Shown: positions 12,938 through 25,904, counted from the first letter of the stretch. The stretch is DNA of 64,000 bases from Peribolospora baueri (GCA_029717555.1 JAMDHS010000051.1:1-64000); one strand, 5' to 3'. Numbers and translations are program-made. Notes: generated by a model from the letters alone, not told the origin.

Positions 12938-13624
12938 CTGCGGGAGAAAAAGAGGGTGAGAAGGGCTATGCGGAAAGGAGGACGAAACACACATGCAATT
13001 GCGAGTGTGTTACGAATTCGGCCCACGCGAGCGCGTTGATAAATCGGACGCGGGCGACAACATTCGCAATTTCTGTAGCTGGGAAAGCTCAATATGGCGC
13101 CTCGGAGGCTTTCCCAAAGACACTTGCACCAATGCTCCGAGCTGAAGAATGGAATGATTCGGCCACGTCGGATGGAGCTGGGTATTATGTGGCCGACGTC
13201 ACTGGCAAACATCGGGACACACGGAGCACGTGATCAGGCCTGCGGCAGCGTCCCTTCTCGCCTCGATCCTTCTCTCTTCCATCCGGCCCTACCTCCCCCG
13301 ACCCTTATCTCGCCTTCTGCACCCACCCACTTGTGCGTGATAGCCTTGCGTGTATCCGCAGGTATAGCGCCAAGTTTGGCATTCTTTCTCCTTATACTGC
13401 TGCGTTGTGAGCTACCGACGGGCAGGCACGTGTGCTTGCGAAATGGGTGAGTGATATCAACGCCCGGTAAAGGCGTGAGAGAGATGGGATAAGTGTGCAC
13501 GCTCCGACGGCGATCCAACCGGTCGGTTGAGTTGGCGGAATGATTGCTGTTGGACGGCGAGGAGGTACAGTTGGAACGCCCATTCGGACTTCTGAACCTA
13601 ATACTTTCCTCCCTGCTCTTTGCT

Positions 13625-14215
13625 ATACTCCCAGCCCTTCCACGTCGTCTCCTACCTCGCCCGGCCACGCTGGTCTCTCCTCTCCGATTATGCAGGCCGG
13701 AATACAACAGTGCTTTTTCTAGGCATCAAATCCGGGGACTACAAGGAGCCGCGCGCTCCGCCGCCGCACCGCCGTCGCCTTCTTCGCAGACTGGGATGGA
13801 GGAGGATCAAGCTCTCAAGGCGGCCCTCCCGGGGGTTTCTCTGGAGGTGCACGAGACGATCCTCCGCGCGTGGGCTCTGCACTCTCGGCAGAGGAGGGAG
13901 AGGAGAAGGGCTGAGCTGGAGAGCAAGTTGGAGAGGATGAGGGAGGCGATGGACGTTCTGAGCGCCGTGGATCCTACCCCAGGGAAGAAGATCTATGCAG
14001 CGGCGTGCGTGAAGCCGAGCAACACTACCCGTCCGCGCGCTCCTGTCGAGCCGGAAGGGGGGCCGGGCAGGAGAAAGAAGCAGACGAAGGAGACGCGCAT
14101 CGCTGGTTTGTTCCCTCGCGAATTCAAGATTCCAACGGATACGCCCAGCAGGAAGGGGTGGGACTACGGGTGGAAGGCACCGCCTGAAAGCGAGGAAGGT
14201 GGAGCTGGACGGTGA
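13625..14215 (+). CDS. MRPL28: Mitochondrial ribosomal protein mL40 (yeast MRPL28 family); start codon uncertain
   Basis: HETILRAWALH..RAELESKLERMREAM..GLFPREFKIPTDTPSRKGWDYGW. The first in-frame ATG is at 13796, but the frame is open upstream and encodes a presequence-like stretch. Confidence 0.75.
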   Translation: MLPALPRRLLPRPATLVSPLRLCRPEYNSAFSRHQIRGLQGAARSAAAPPSPSSQTGMEEDQALKAALPGVSLEVHETILRAWALHSRQRRERRRAELESKLERMREAMDVLSAVDPTPGKKIYAAACVKPSNTTRPRAPVEPEGGPGRRKKQTKETRIAGLFPREFKIPTDTPSRKGWDYGWKAPPESEEGGAGR

Positions 14216-14806
14216 GGACGAACGGCTGGAGTGCGTAGTTTGTACGGACACCGTGTCTTTTTGACCGCGCACCGAGCCGATTGCCCATAAAACGTTCCAT
14301 TAGGTCAGCGTTGTCTCTTCGTGATCGTGAGGTGCGAGGGCGGAGAGAAACGACGGCATGCCTGGGTCTCTTATCAGCGGCCTTCACTGTTCGCTTGTCC
14401 CGCTCGAGAGCACCACGCAAAAAGCGGTCGTGAGACTTTCCAGACCATCTAGGGAGCCCGGCCTAAATCGGCCCCTGTCACTCATCCATGTCTACCCAGT
14501 CGATGAAAGTCGTCCAAACGTTTACTTTCGCAGCGAAGCAGCTCACCTAGCAACCGCGACATGGCAGCGCTCGACATACTTATGCAGCACGGGAGAAAGT
14601 TTGCGAAGAGTCGAATAAATGGACGGAGGCAAGACGAATGAATACGGGAGGCATTTCCGAATGCACGAGCAGGCAACGGCAGGCAGATGACGGTACAGTA
14701 AGGAGGCGAGAATGCAAGTAACGAACAGATGACGATGCCCGCGAACGACGATGAAACAGAGGTTGAACGAGAGGAGAGGGAACCTAAACAAGGCAGAAGA
14801 GGAAGC

Positions 14807-16519
14807 TCATCTCATTGCCCTAGTCGGCGTCCCTGTCCTCGTTGGCGTCCCGGTCTCCCTTTCCCTGGCCATTCTCGCATTACCAGTTCGTGTCGCAGAG
14901 GCTGCAGCCGCAGACGGAGGTTGAACGCATCCAGCTTTCACATCTACCATGTCCCCGTAACACCCGTCCGTCATGGCCAACTCAACGTCCCCCGCAACGT
15001 CGGGTTCACTTGTCGTGCTCGGAGCAGGAGCGGAGGCAGGATCGACGGGCTCGCCGGAAAGGCGGATCTTCTTGCTCGCTCGCCGCCGGCCCCTTTGCTC
15101 GTCGGACTCGAGGTCAACGTCGCCCGAGTCCATGCATTGCTGCTCCCTTCTGACATCGGGAATAGCGGCCGTCGTACGATCGGAAATTGTCTCCGGTCCA
15201 TCTCTGAACCCCGCTGCCGTCGCCGAGCGTCGGTTGGGCGTGATGGCAGCTGGGGCCAGGGGGGCGCGTAAGGCGGGAGAAGCAGATGACCCGGTGGAAC
15301 CGAGCTTGGTGGGCGAGGCAGTGCGAGACCGTGACCGAGACTTTGAGCCGGGAGGGGGAGGAGACGGGGGCACGTTTTCTTGGTTTTCTGCAGGTCCTCT
15401 GGTGACCAAAGGAGACGAGAAGGGTACCGTAGGCTGCGGATGAGACGTACTCGTAGAGGGGCCTGCAGTGAACCGGAACGGTGAAGGTGGGACGTCGCTC
15501 AAGCCCATGCCTGTCTCATTGCCCGACCGCGCTGGAGGCTTGCCGAGCGCTTCGGCGATCTCTTCAGGCGAGTCGTTCCAAATGACAAAGTCGAGAGGAT
15601 CCTCCTCCATCCTCGCCTCTTCCTCGTCATCCTCGTCGCCCTTCGGAGCGCCGAAAGTCAACCGCCTCGCAGTGCCGGTAGCCACAGTACCTGAAGAGGG
15701 CGAGGATGACGCGGCGCTTGACAAGCTCGCCCTTCGGACTGGGGTGCTCGTCGAACTGGCAGCTTTGCCTTTGGACAGTGAAGGGACGAGCTCCGGGCTG
15801 GGCTCGAGACGTGCACTGGCAGAGCGTGTTGCTCTGTTGGAAGTGAAAGACGGACAGACGGCGTCGATGATTTTCTCTCCTCTGTCGTCCTCCATTCCCA
15901 TTTCTTCCTCTCTTGCTCCGTGACACCGGTCATCTGTGCCGTCTACGTCGCCGAGGCCGACGACGCCGGCGGCATCATGCGTCCCACTGCTACTCGCGCG
16001 CCTCTTCCTCACGCCGCTCTCCTCCTTCTCCTTGACGAACAGCTGCCTCTTCGCGGGACTGGGCACGTTGGGAAACCGCTGTATGCGCGGGCCGCTCGTC
16101 GCGCTTCGCCATGCCGCTGAGATCGCTGCGTCGGCGTTCCGCGCTGGATGGATGGAGAACGGCGAGGTCCTTGCTGTGGGTGGTGAGGTAGAGAGGGCAG
16201 GGATGTCCTCTTCCAAAAGGAGACGCTTGGCGGGGGAAAGGGGTGAAGGACGGAAGGGGGATTTCGTCGGACTCGGCCATCCTCCTCTGCCGGAACCGGT
16301 CGCCGGCTTGGAGAGCGGACTCAAGCGGCGTTCGTGTCGTTCGCGTTTCGACGCGTCGTCCTCGATCGGTGGTGGCTTGAGCCGAGAGGCTGAAAGCGGG
16401 GTAGGAGGGATTGCGAAGGCAAGATGGTGGCGAGGTACGAAGGATGCGAGAGGAAGCTCGGCCAGAGGTGCGCGGCCGTTATGGAGGGGGGCGTTGGAGG
16501 TGGTGGAAGGAGAGTTCAT
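14807..16519 (-). CDS. Intronless 570-aa Ser/Pro-rich disordered protein with APC/C degron-like and CDK motifs
   Basis: Single long ORF; RAPLAEL, FVIWND, ENQENVPP and many S/T-P-x-K/R sites. Confidence 0.7.
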   Translation of the reverse strand: MNSPSTTSNAPLHNGRAPLAELPLASFVPRHHLAFAIPPTPLSASRLKPPPIEDDASKRERHERRLSPLSKPATGSGRGGWPSPTKSPFRPSPLSPAKRLLLEEDIPALSTSPPTARTSPFSIHPARNADAAISAAWRSATSGPRIQRFPNVPSPAKRQLFVKEKEESGVRKRRASSSGTHDAAGVVGLGDVDGTDDRCHGAREEEMGMEDDRGEKIIDAVCPSFTSNRATRSASARLEPSPELVPSLSKGKAASSTSTPVRRASLSSAASSSPSSGTVATGTARRLTFGAPKGDEDDEEEARMEEDPLDFVIWNDSPEEIAEALGKPPARSGNETGMGLSDVPPSPFRFTAGPSTSTSHPQPTVPFSSPLVTRGPAENQENVPPSPPPPGSKSRSRSRTASPTKLGSTGSSASPALRAPLAPAAITPNRRSATAAGFRDGPETISDRTTAAIPDVRREQQCMDSGDVDLESDEQRGRRRASKKIRLSGEPVDPASAPAPSTTSEPDVAGDVELAMTDGCYGDMVDVKAGCVQPPSAAAASATRTGNARMARERETGTPTRTGTPTRAMR

Positions 16520-17188
16520 GATATCACTGGGTGAAGCCGCCCGGCCGAATCGGGCTGGTCTTGGTCGAGCTCAGCCAATAGGCCGGCAGGGAGTCTCTCC
16601 GGATGAGTAGAGCGTCGGATGAGACAGGGAAGGGCGGTCAGAGACAGGCTCGTCGTTTCACCAAAAAGAGCGCGTCGCGGCGGCGTGTGGTCGGCGACCG
16701 GCGAAGTTGGGGCGGACAGATACGCGAGGCGAGACGTACGCGCAGGGCAGTGACGAGCACGAGAAGACAACAGCGGCAAGAAATAAAGCGTGAGAGCAGG
16801 GGCAGAATGGGCGGATGGATGGAATGGAGTTGAAGAGGGAAGCGGCGGCGTCGTCGGTGTCGGCGACGCCCGTTGTCATCGATGTGATCGGTCGTCGAAG
16901 CCTCGAGGCTCAGCTCGTAACCCTAACTTCGCTCCTTCCCTTGTCGCAACTTCGATCCTTCACGCCGATGCGTCTCCATCATGACAATAATAATTCTCTC
17001 GAGTGCTTCGGAAATCATCGTGCTTCGCGCGCCATCTCACGTGTACCAGGAGTTCGCCTCCCTATGTCTCATTGTATCGACGCCTTACGCATTCGCATTG
17101 CTACAGCGCCTTTTTGGGATGCCCGCACAGTGACCTGCGCCCCGATCGTACAAACACTTGTCCCATTACCCCGCAGCATAACAAACCC

Positions 17189-17850
17189 TCATTCCTTGCC
17201 AGAGTCGCCGGGCATGGTAAATAACCGCCAGGTATAGCCGGCTTGCTGACCTCTGTTACCACCTCGTCTTCTTCCACCCTTCCCACCCTTGAGACTGGTC
17301 GAAGAAGGCGGCAGTTGGCCTTGTGCGACGAGGTAATCCATGAACTGTTCCGCTGTTTTGCCCACTCCCAGCGTATCCCTCTCCTTTTGCGTCAGCTGTC
17401 CCCTCTCCTCCCCCTCCTGACCCTCCTCCACCTTTTTCGCCCACATCACCAAATGATCCCGCTCGCCACCTCCGAAGACGGAGTACAGCTCGAGCTCGAT
17501 CATGCTCGCCGAGATGAACCGAATGGAGCTCGTTCCCAGCGACAGGATGGGCCGATCCGGAGTCCCAAAGTTGACCTCGACGGGATACTCGTGACCGTTG
17601 TATGTGGAAGGTATCGGCGTTCCGATGGCGGTGAGAAAGCATGACGGGAAGTGCGGAGACTCGGCCAAGTGGACGGATCCGGTGGCAGGTTGGAAAGGCG
17701 AAGGTGGGAGGGGAACGTGAATGGTGATGAGAGAAGAGCAAGACGAGATCTCTCGTATTCGGTAACCTGGCGGCCAGAAGAGTTCGAAGATGCGCCAAGA
17801 CCCTTCGAGCGAGGACAATGGAAGTGGAAGAGGCAGCGGGTGCTGTGAAG
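17189..17850 (-). CDS. Hypothetical protein (5' exons unresolved)
   Basis: Protein-like frame LEGSWRIFELFWPP..YPVEVNFGTPDRPILSLGTSSIRFISASMIELELYSVF..HLVMWAKK..AEQFMDYLVAQG; no family recognised. Confidence 0.5.
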
Positions 17851-18328
17851 CGAGCGGGGCCGAACACGGTAGCGAGTGAAGAGAATGAATAGATAAAGAA
17901 CACGCCCAGATGCAATGAGCGTCCGTAGAGAGAGAAAGACGAGACATGCGCATGCTCGAATAAACAGAAACGAGCCGACTCACAACGCCCCACTCGACCC
18001 TTCCCGCACATAAATGCCACACCATAGCTAAGAATCTTCCTTTCGCTTCGTGTGTCCTCTTAAGAGTTTGGATGGACGGCAACGACAATGATATGGAGGC
18101 GATTGCGGTCAGCTCAAAGGCCAGGGCAAACAACACGTTGAAGAGCTGGCAAGACACGGAGAGCGCAAAGTCGGTGGCCCTCAGGAGACCGATCGACGAT
18201 GGGGCCATGCCCGCGAATCTGGCTGCGCGTTACCGCAGTAGCCAGGTTCGCACGCATCATCTCGGCTTCTTCGCCCGCCTCCATTTCCGAGGCAACTTGA
18301 CCTTCCTATCCTTTTTACCGCTCCGACC

Positions 18329-19804
18329 ATGGCTCTCGCCAGCTCCATGTCGCTTCCGCGTGCGGCATTCGCCTTGGCCTCCCGCGGCGGGACGGCACGC
18401 CTCTCCGCAGCGTCTTCCGTGCTTTGCATCTGTCGACGAGCAGCCTCGACCTCCGCACCTCGGCTATCCACTGCCGCCGACCCATCCTCCTCTTCCTCCT
18501 CCAGTGCGAGCAAGTCCGCGGACCCGGCCCCAGCGCGGGCGTTAGCATCGGAGACGAAGTTGTCAAAGAAAGAGGAGGAGATGCTGCAGACAAAATGGAC
18601 ACCGCTCTCTGTAAGGACGGGCGTGATCGCGAGGAAGAAAGGCATGACGGCGCTGTGGAGTAGCGATGGGACCCGGATACCGGTTACCGTGCTGCAGGTC
18701 AGTCGAGCGCACTGACAAGGTATAGGGAGGATACTGGTTTACTTATTTTGGCCGTTAAAACTTCTTTCTTTTTCCTGCCACTCTCGTTTCCGTCATCTGG
18801 TTCTCTCTAGCTGGAGCACAACCAAGTAACGGCGGTCCGCACCCCTCCCAGCGCCACGTACACTGCGCTGCAGGTTGCAGCGACGGACATCCAAGCGCGA
18901 CTCGTCACCGCTCAGATGGTCGGGCATTTTGCTAAATCAGGCGTTGGTCCCAAGAAGAAGGTCATGGAGTTTAGGGTGTCGCCTGATGCAGTGGTTCCTG
19001 TTGGTGAGTTTGGGCTCGCTTCAATCTATTGCCAGAAGGATGTGTGGGTCTAGCGCGTTTTCGATTGAGCTGACGTCCCCTCGACCTTATATTAGGCACG
19101 ACCATCACCGCCAGTCACTTCGTGCCCGGTCAGACTGTGGACGTGCGAGCCATCACGTTAGTCAAATGATCTCGTTTTCCTTGAGCTTTTTCCCATATGT
19201 GCGCCGGTAAATGGCTGACTCGGCATCTGTTTCTTTAGAACTGGAAAGGGCTTCCAAGGTGTCATGAAGCGGTGGGGCTTTAAGGGTCTCAAAGCCAGTC
19301 ACGGTGTTTCCATCACTCACCGTTCTCAAGGGTCTACCGGCCAGCATCAAGTGTGTCTCCTATTCTGCATTAGTTGTATTCTTCCTCTCTGACCACACTG
19401 CTGACAAGATTTTTTTTTTCCCTTTGCCCCACTAGGACCCTGGCCGCGTCTTCCCTGGCAAGAAAATGGCGGGCCGTATGGGCGGTACATCGCATGTGAC
19501 GGTGCAAAACCTTCCCGTGATTCGGGTCGACAACTCACTCGATCTTCTGTTTGTCAAAGGCTCCGTGCCGGGACCGGACGATGGGTATGTGCGCGTGACG
19601 GACGCGCTGAAAGAACTCGTCCTGCGAGGCAAGCACGCAGCGCTTGAGGGTGTGGCTAGCATTGGCGGGCCGGAAGGAAATAAGCCTTTCCTGCCGGAGG
19701 GTGTCGATGATCTGCCGTTCCCCGTTGCCACCAGAGAGCTCACGAAGAGGTTGCCCGTCGTCATTCAGGCGGCGCCGAAGCCTTCCAAAGCGGGGAGCGC
19801 GTGA
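18329..19804 (+). CDS. MRPL9: Mitochondrial ribosomal protein uL3m (yeast MRPL9 family)
   Basis: [91 protein letters not shown]; Arg/Ser/Ala-rich presequence. Confidence 0.95.
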
Positions 19805-20423
19805 TTGTCCGTCGCCTGTCTCGTGCGTGTATTAGATTTTAACTAGGCACCTCGAAGGCACACAAGCGTGGACCACATTGTCTCGACCCGATTTGTGAGA
19901 AATGCGGCCAACCCGACCGTCCTACCGTCGGCAGCCACCTTAGAGTTGCGTGGCACGTGTATTCCAAACATACCCTGTACGCTCATTTGATCCGACCTTT
20001 CGGTTTTGGATACTTGCCTCTTCGCCGTGCCTTGACGTGCGGCCAAAACTTCATTTGACCGCACGTAGAGGAGATGAGCCGCACGGGTTGAGTCGAAGGG
20101 AAGGAAAGGACACAGGATCCATGGGCGCCTTGTCACATCTGCCAACTTGCTTTGGCCTGCAAAGAGCAGACCTTGGTTCATCAGAGCGGAAATGTGAGCT
20201 GCGACAGCATGGTTGTCGAGCTTTTGTAGAGCTTATACCCACGTCTTCTTGACACTGCATTCGATAGCCACCAATATCCGAAGAATATGTTCAATCGTAA
20301 GTCTAGGCAATAATCTACAATCGATCAAGTTTGCATACAGTTTGGGACGGTCCCAAGCGGGAGACTGCGGGTAAGGATGGCGAGCATCTGCCCCTGTCAA
20401 TCCGACCACCTAGACGGTCGAGT

Positions 20424-21773
20424 TCATAGCGCCTCGGGCGATCGTGACCTTCCGGCTACCGGCCCGTCCAGAGAGACGGCCTGCGCAGCGGAAGATTCGC
20501 CAAACTCCGAAGCGAGCGAGTCGTAAATAACTGAGACTAGGTCCGTCTTCGTAGTGGACGAGGAGGTGGGGAAGTCGAAGACGACGCGTAGCAGGGAAAG
20601 ATGGAAGGAGTAGTGAGCCACGGGCGGTAATTCTGTAGGAAGAAATGGATATGAAGCACGGGGATGACCGCGAAGTGAGCCGGAACGCCTGTGTACAGAG
20701 AAGGACAACCATGTCGATGGATGGATGCAAAGAGCACAGCTCACCTTTGAGGCCCATTTTGAAGATCGTCTTGACAATTTCATTCACCTCCTCTGATCCC
20801 TCAACACCGAGAACTTGCCATCGTCTTCTGAGTCGCTCAGCAAAAATCATTTCCATCTTGGCGTACTCCGTCCAAAGATGAACCAAACCTCCCAGGTTTG
20901 CTGGCAACACCTCGCTGGCAGTAACGGGCAGCGTGGAAGAAGGGTCGAACGGAACTCGGTTGAGGCGAATGCCTCGCTGGAGAAGACGACGAGCAGCGTC
21001 GGGAGAATGGTTGAATTCCAGTTCGTACGAAGCTGCATGGATCCAAACCTGGATAGAGCTTGGGTGCAGCTGAAGAGCTCTGCGAGGAGGATAGAATCAG
21101 ACGTGCATCGACAAGGGAGGATTCAGCAGTCGCGGGGCAAACACGCAAGCTCGGGCGTTCGTGACCCACCTGGCAAAGACCCTCCCGGTGACAACCCGCA
21201 TACCCTTTGACCGCGCCCATTCTATGTATGCGAGCCAAAGGGCGACGTCTCCTTTGAATTTGCGCACGGCACGCTCGAAGATGGATCGAATACGAGCCTG
21301 AGCCACGCCGTTCGCCTTAGTCGTCGCGGCCGGAGAGAGCTCTGTATTAAAAGCAAAATGATGTTTTGTATCAGGGACGAATGAAGCAAAGTAGAGCACG
21401 TCGATTGACACATGGATGAGTGCCCGAAAAACACTGACTCATCCGCTCTATCCGCTTCCTCCTCAGCTTATCCAGCTCGATCTCAAACTCAGCATAGCGC
21501 AAAAAGTCTCTCTCGTCGGCAATGCGACGAACGAGAGCTGTCTCAAATGCGGTGCGCTTGCGAACAACGGATCGGAGCTCGGCCTGTGGGTGGCGGTGGG
21601 GTGAAAGAGCAAGGAGGGAGTGGGTTGGAGGGGGCGTTAGATTTATGTGACCGACTGGGGTAGCGTTCATGAAGCAAGCGAGCCAGTATGCGCACCTTGG
21701 AAAAGGTCCCCTCCTCGTCGAGCTGCTGCAGCTCTCCAAGAGAGCGTTCCAGCTGGTATTGAACCCTCTCCAT
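20424..21773 (-). CDS. UTP6: U3 snoRNA-associated protein 6 (HAT repeats); 3' end uncertain
   Basis: MERVQYQLERSLGELQQLDEEGTFSK|AELRSVVRKRTAFETALVRR..DFLRYAEFEIELDKLRRKR..IFERAVRKFKGDVALWLAYI..ARRLLQRGIRLN..LWTEYAKMEM. Confidence 0.85.
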
Positions 21774-22024
21774 GTCGTCTTGTCCGCGGCGGGTCGCAGT
21801 CGATGGTGGTTTGGTCTGTCTTCTTCGTCGCTGTAGGCACCAACGAAACGCTGCGGCAATCCGTAGGTACTATTGGACGCGTGTACAGGAAATACTTTAC
21901 TATTTGTCTCCTCGATCGTCGGCCTCGTTTGTTCCCTCCATTCCCTCCATCCTCTCCTCCATACATACCATATCCACCGTCGTTCGTCTCGGCGCGACAG
22001 AGAGTCAGGGAGCGTTCTTCGAGG

Positions 22025-25000
22025 ATGGCTTCCTTTGCCTCCAGCTCTACAGGTCCGGGGATGCCGGCACCTGCAAATGACGGCCCGTTCTCCTTCAGCC
22101 AAGGCGCGCCCGCAGACGAGCCTTCGCTCGCAGACCTTGTCGACTCGTCTCGCAGGCTCGCCGCCCGGCAGCATCCCAGGGGAGACGACCTCAACTTCCC
22201 CCAGCTTCGGCTTGGACTGGGTGAGATTGAGAGAGAGAGCAGGAAACTTGCCAATGCTAGGGGCCGCGGGAGGGCGGATGGAGATGCAACTGCGTGAGTT
22301 ACACTAGTCCTTCTGTCCAACGCTCCATCTTACCGGCCGCGTCGTCGCGCTTCTTTTCTGTACAGTGCATACTTGCTTGCAAGTGGTGGCATCAACGCGG
22401 CCGAGCTGTCCAAGGACATCGACGAGATCAACCTCATGAACACCTTCGAGCCCTTGCAGACCATCCGTGAACCGAATGTTGAGGTGAGCGGGTCCGGCCG
22501 GTTTCATACCTGGATGCGTGCCTTTCGACTCTCTTCTTCCGCTCAACTTTACCGTCCTCGTTTCGGTCAGGCCTATCTCCGTCATGAGCACGAGCAGGTC
22601 ATCATCAGCGCCGTCGAAGAGCAGCGGCGCGAGGCACTTTCGACCTTCCAGACCAAGCTCGATTCGACCCTTATGAAGGACTGGGAGCGGCAGAAGCGGC
22701 GCATCTTTGACGAGCTTGGACAGCACCAAGCTGGTTTTGCTCCTGTCTACAGTGCTACGGACGAGCAGAGTAGTTTGCGCGCGAGCAAGTCCTTTGGATA
22801 CCCAACAGTGAGTGTATCTTCCGATTCAGATATCTCCTTCCGGATCCTGCTAGAAGCTTACCTGCTCTCGTCTACTTTCTGCCTGTACAGTCCGATTTGC
22901 AGCCATCTTCTTCCTTTGACTCTCCTCCTTCCGCCATGCAGATGCATTCTCGGATGATGCGCTACGACGAGGTCGTGAGGCGCCTCAACGAGCACCGACT
23001 CAATGGTCAGGCGTTCGGCTTGGCAAATGCAATGAAGGATGCAAGTCGAGCCGCCGGTGGAGGAGGTGGCGGAGGTGCCGAGGCGGTCAGTACTGCTTGG
23101 AGTTGCTCGTTCCGTGAAGAAATTATTTCTCAAAGCTGGTGTCCGTACTTTTTTTTTGCAGCGCGCCTACCAGCTTGCTGAAAGCTGGCATATCGTCATC
23201 CACCTTGTCCGCGAGCTAGATGTCGTCAACGGCGAATTCCAGCGGGAGACGTTGCGGGAACGGGAGTACGCTCCTCAGTACACCTCTGATCACGACTCGG
23301 TTGATAATGTCAACTTGAGACGAGAGCTGATGAAGAGGGCAAGGGCGTTTCTAGAGGAGCAGTGAGTATTACGTGTGTTGCCTTCGCATTTTCGCCAGTC
23401 ACGTAGAACTTGATTCGTGACCTTTCTCAGGTTCATGAAGCACGTGGAGAAAACGCTTGCGGCAAGGCCAGAAGAGGCGTATCTAGGCGGTGACCCTTCT
23501 GTACAGAACAAGATTAGGGCTTATTGTGCGGTTAAGCATGCGAAGGGGGGCACGTGGACCCCTGGCCTTGAGGTCAGTGCATGGGGGGCCGGATATTGCT
23601 ACGGCTTCTTGCACAGGGTTCTGACCTCGTTTCGTTCTCTTTTCACCTACCATCAGATCGCCGACAACACCCCGATATGGGCTCGTATCTTCTTCTTGAT
23701 CAGGGCCGGCTATCCTGATGAGGCTGTCCAGTTCGCAGCGGAGAAGGAGGGCTACCTTGGCCGTGGCGAGGCAAGTTCACCAACCTCGAGGTTTTTGGCC
23801 TATCTGAAGGCGTGGGTGGACAGTCCGGACCAAGAGTAAGTGTAACATTTCGTTCTGCGCTCAAAGCTTCCAGCATTGGCTGACGCACTTGCCACAATCA
23901 TCTTTCCTCGAATAGGCTACCCAAACCGTTGCGTGAACGGTTCATCGCCGAATACAGCTCTCGCATCCGCAACTCAGCGGGGCCCGTCGACCCTTACAAA
24001 CAAGCTATGTACAAGCTCATTGGACGGATGGAGCTGGCCAAGAAGAACCTTCCTGTCGTCACGGCCACCACCGAAGACTGGTTGTGGTTCCAGCTCATGC
24101 TCGTCCGGGAACCCACAGAGCCCGACCGGCTTCCGCACCATGAGAGGTACTCTCTCGTCGACCTCGGCAATATGCTGGTCAAGTTTGGCGAAAGGCATTT
24201 CGATCCCAAAGGCACACGCCCGCTGCTCTACTTCCAAGTATTGCTCTTGAGTGCGCAGTTTGAGCGGGTGAGTCGGTCATCCGTGTTCTTACGAATTAGC
24301 CATCAAGGTTGTTGATTTGTTTCCGTTGGTGTTATCTACAGGCCGTCGCTTTCCTACACCAGAGCGCCCAGTATCAGGTCGACGCTGTGCAATTCGCGGT
24401 GGTGCTCTCTTACTACGGTCTTCTCCGGGTACCACCACGCTCTAAAACGTCTCATGTCGATCTCCGTAAGTGATCGCTTGAAGGGGGTTGCCGCTGTCTG
24501 GTCTCTCATGCCGCTTCCTTCTTCCCTGTGCAGTCACGATCGAGAACGACAGGCAGGGACATCCTCTCGCTTACTTCAACTTTGCTCGAGCCATTCATCG
24601 ATACACCCGCCTTTTCGCCCAGTCCGATCCGGCCGAGGCGCTTCAGTACCTTTGCCTGTTGTGTCTTAATGCCGACTTGCTTGAGCCGACTGGCAAGGAA
24701 TATCTGGAAATGTCTCATGATTTCGTTCGCGAGCTCGTCCTTGAGACGCGGCGATACGCTGAGCTGTTGGGCGACGTCCGTAACGACGGGACGAAAGCGG
24801 TAAGTGGACTTGACGGAATGTCTTGCAAAAGTCTGTTCGCGACATTGGTTCACGTACGGAACCTCCTTCGCATGGCAGCCTGGCCTTGTGGAGCGCTTCC
24901 TTAAGCTTCTCCGACTTCAGGATGTACGGGACTATCAGATGAACATTGTCAAAGCAGCAGCGTCCAGGAGCGACGCGGAGAAACGGACGATGGACGCCAT

Positions 25001-25904
25001 TCAGCTTTACAATCTAGCGGAAGAATACGATACGGTCGTCGCTGTGATCAACAAAGAGCTTGGTGCCACGCTGATGGAGCCGCCGCGCAGACCGCCATCC
25101 ACCAAGCCTGAGCCCGAGACCGCGTCTGGACAGCTGGTCGCGAAGGGACTGCCCAGTGCGTCGTTGGCCGCGGCGCTCGACATCGCTACGTTGGCAGAGC
25201 AGATCCTCTTGTTCTACGAGAGTTCGAATATCACTATCAGCGTCTCGGCGAGGAACCGCGAGACATGCAGGATATTGCTCAAGCTTAAAAAATGCGTGGC
25301 GCTTTTCGTGGAAGAGGAGTATGAGACTGTCTTGAACGTGAGTGGGGCGTCTCGGACTTTGTGCTCTGCTTTTATCGTTTTGACTGGTCTCCCACGACTG
25401 TGTTGCAGACCCTCGAGAGTCTCGAGTTGATCCTGATGGAGGTCGATGCGGTGAAGATCACCCGCAAGGCGGAGGAGTTCAAAGATATGGACGAGAACAT
25501 CGCGCGCAACTTCTCCGAGATCCTATTGATGGCTATGAACGCGATCTACAAATGCTACGTGAATCTCAAGGAATCGCCGTACGGGGACGTCAGCCGGCAA
25601 CAGGTGCGTACTGTGCATGTTCTCAGCGTGCTCCAGACGGTCCGCCAGGTTGATGTCGGTCTCGCATATTTGTCTTCCGACAGAGAATGGCGACGCTTCG
25701 AACGAAGGCGAGGGCGGTGATGATGTCGGCGGGCATGCTTCGATACAGAATGACGAGCGACACGTATTCGCAGCTGACCAGGTTGGACGTGTTCGTGAGT
25801 ACTGTGACGCTTACCGATTCCTCGACTAGTTTTCCCGATTGCACGGGGCACGCGCTGATTTGAACGAGTTATCGTGGTGACGCTCGAACTCGCAGATTCA
25901 TTGA
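22025..25904 (+). CDS. NIC96: Nucleoporin Nic96/Nup93
   Basis: FPQLRLGLGEIERESRKL, YLRHEHEQVIISAVEE..DWERQKRRIFDELG, PIWARIFFLIRAG, DPYKQAMYKLIGR..TTEDWLWFQLML, YFQVLLLSAQFER, C-terminal YRMTSDTYSQLTRLDVF|IH*. Confidence 0.95.
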
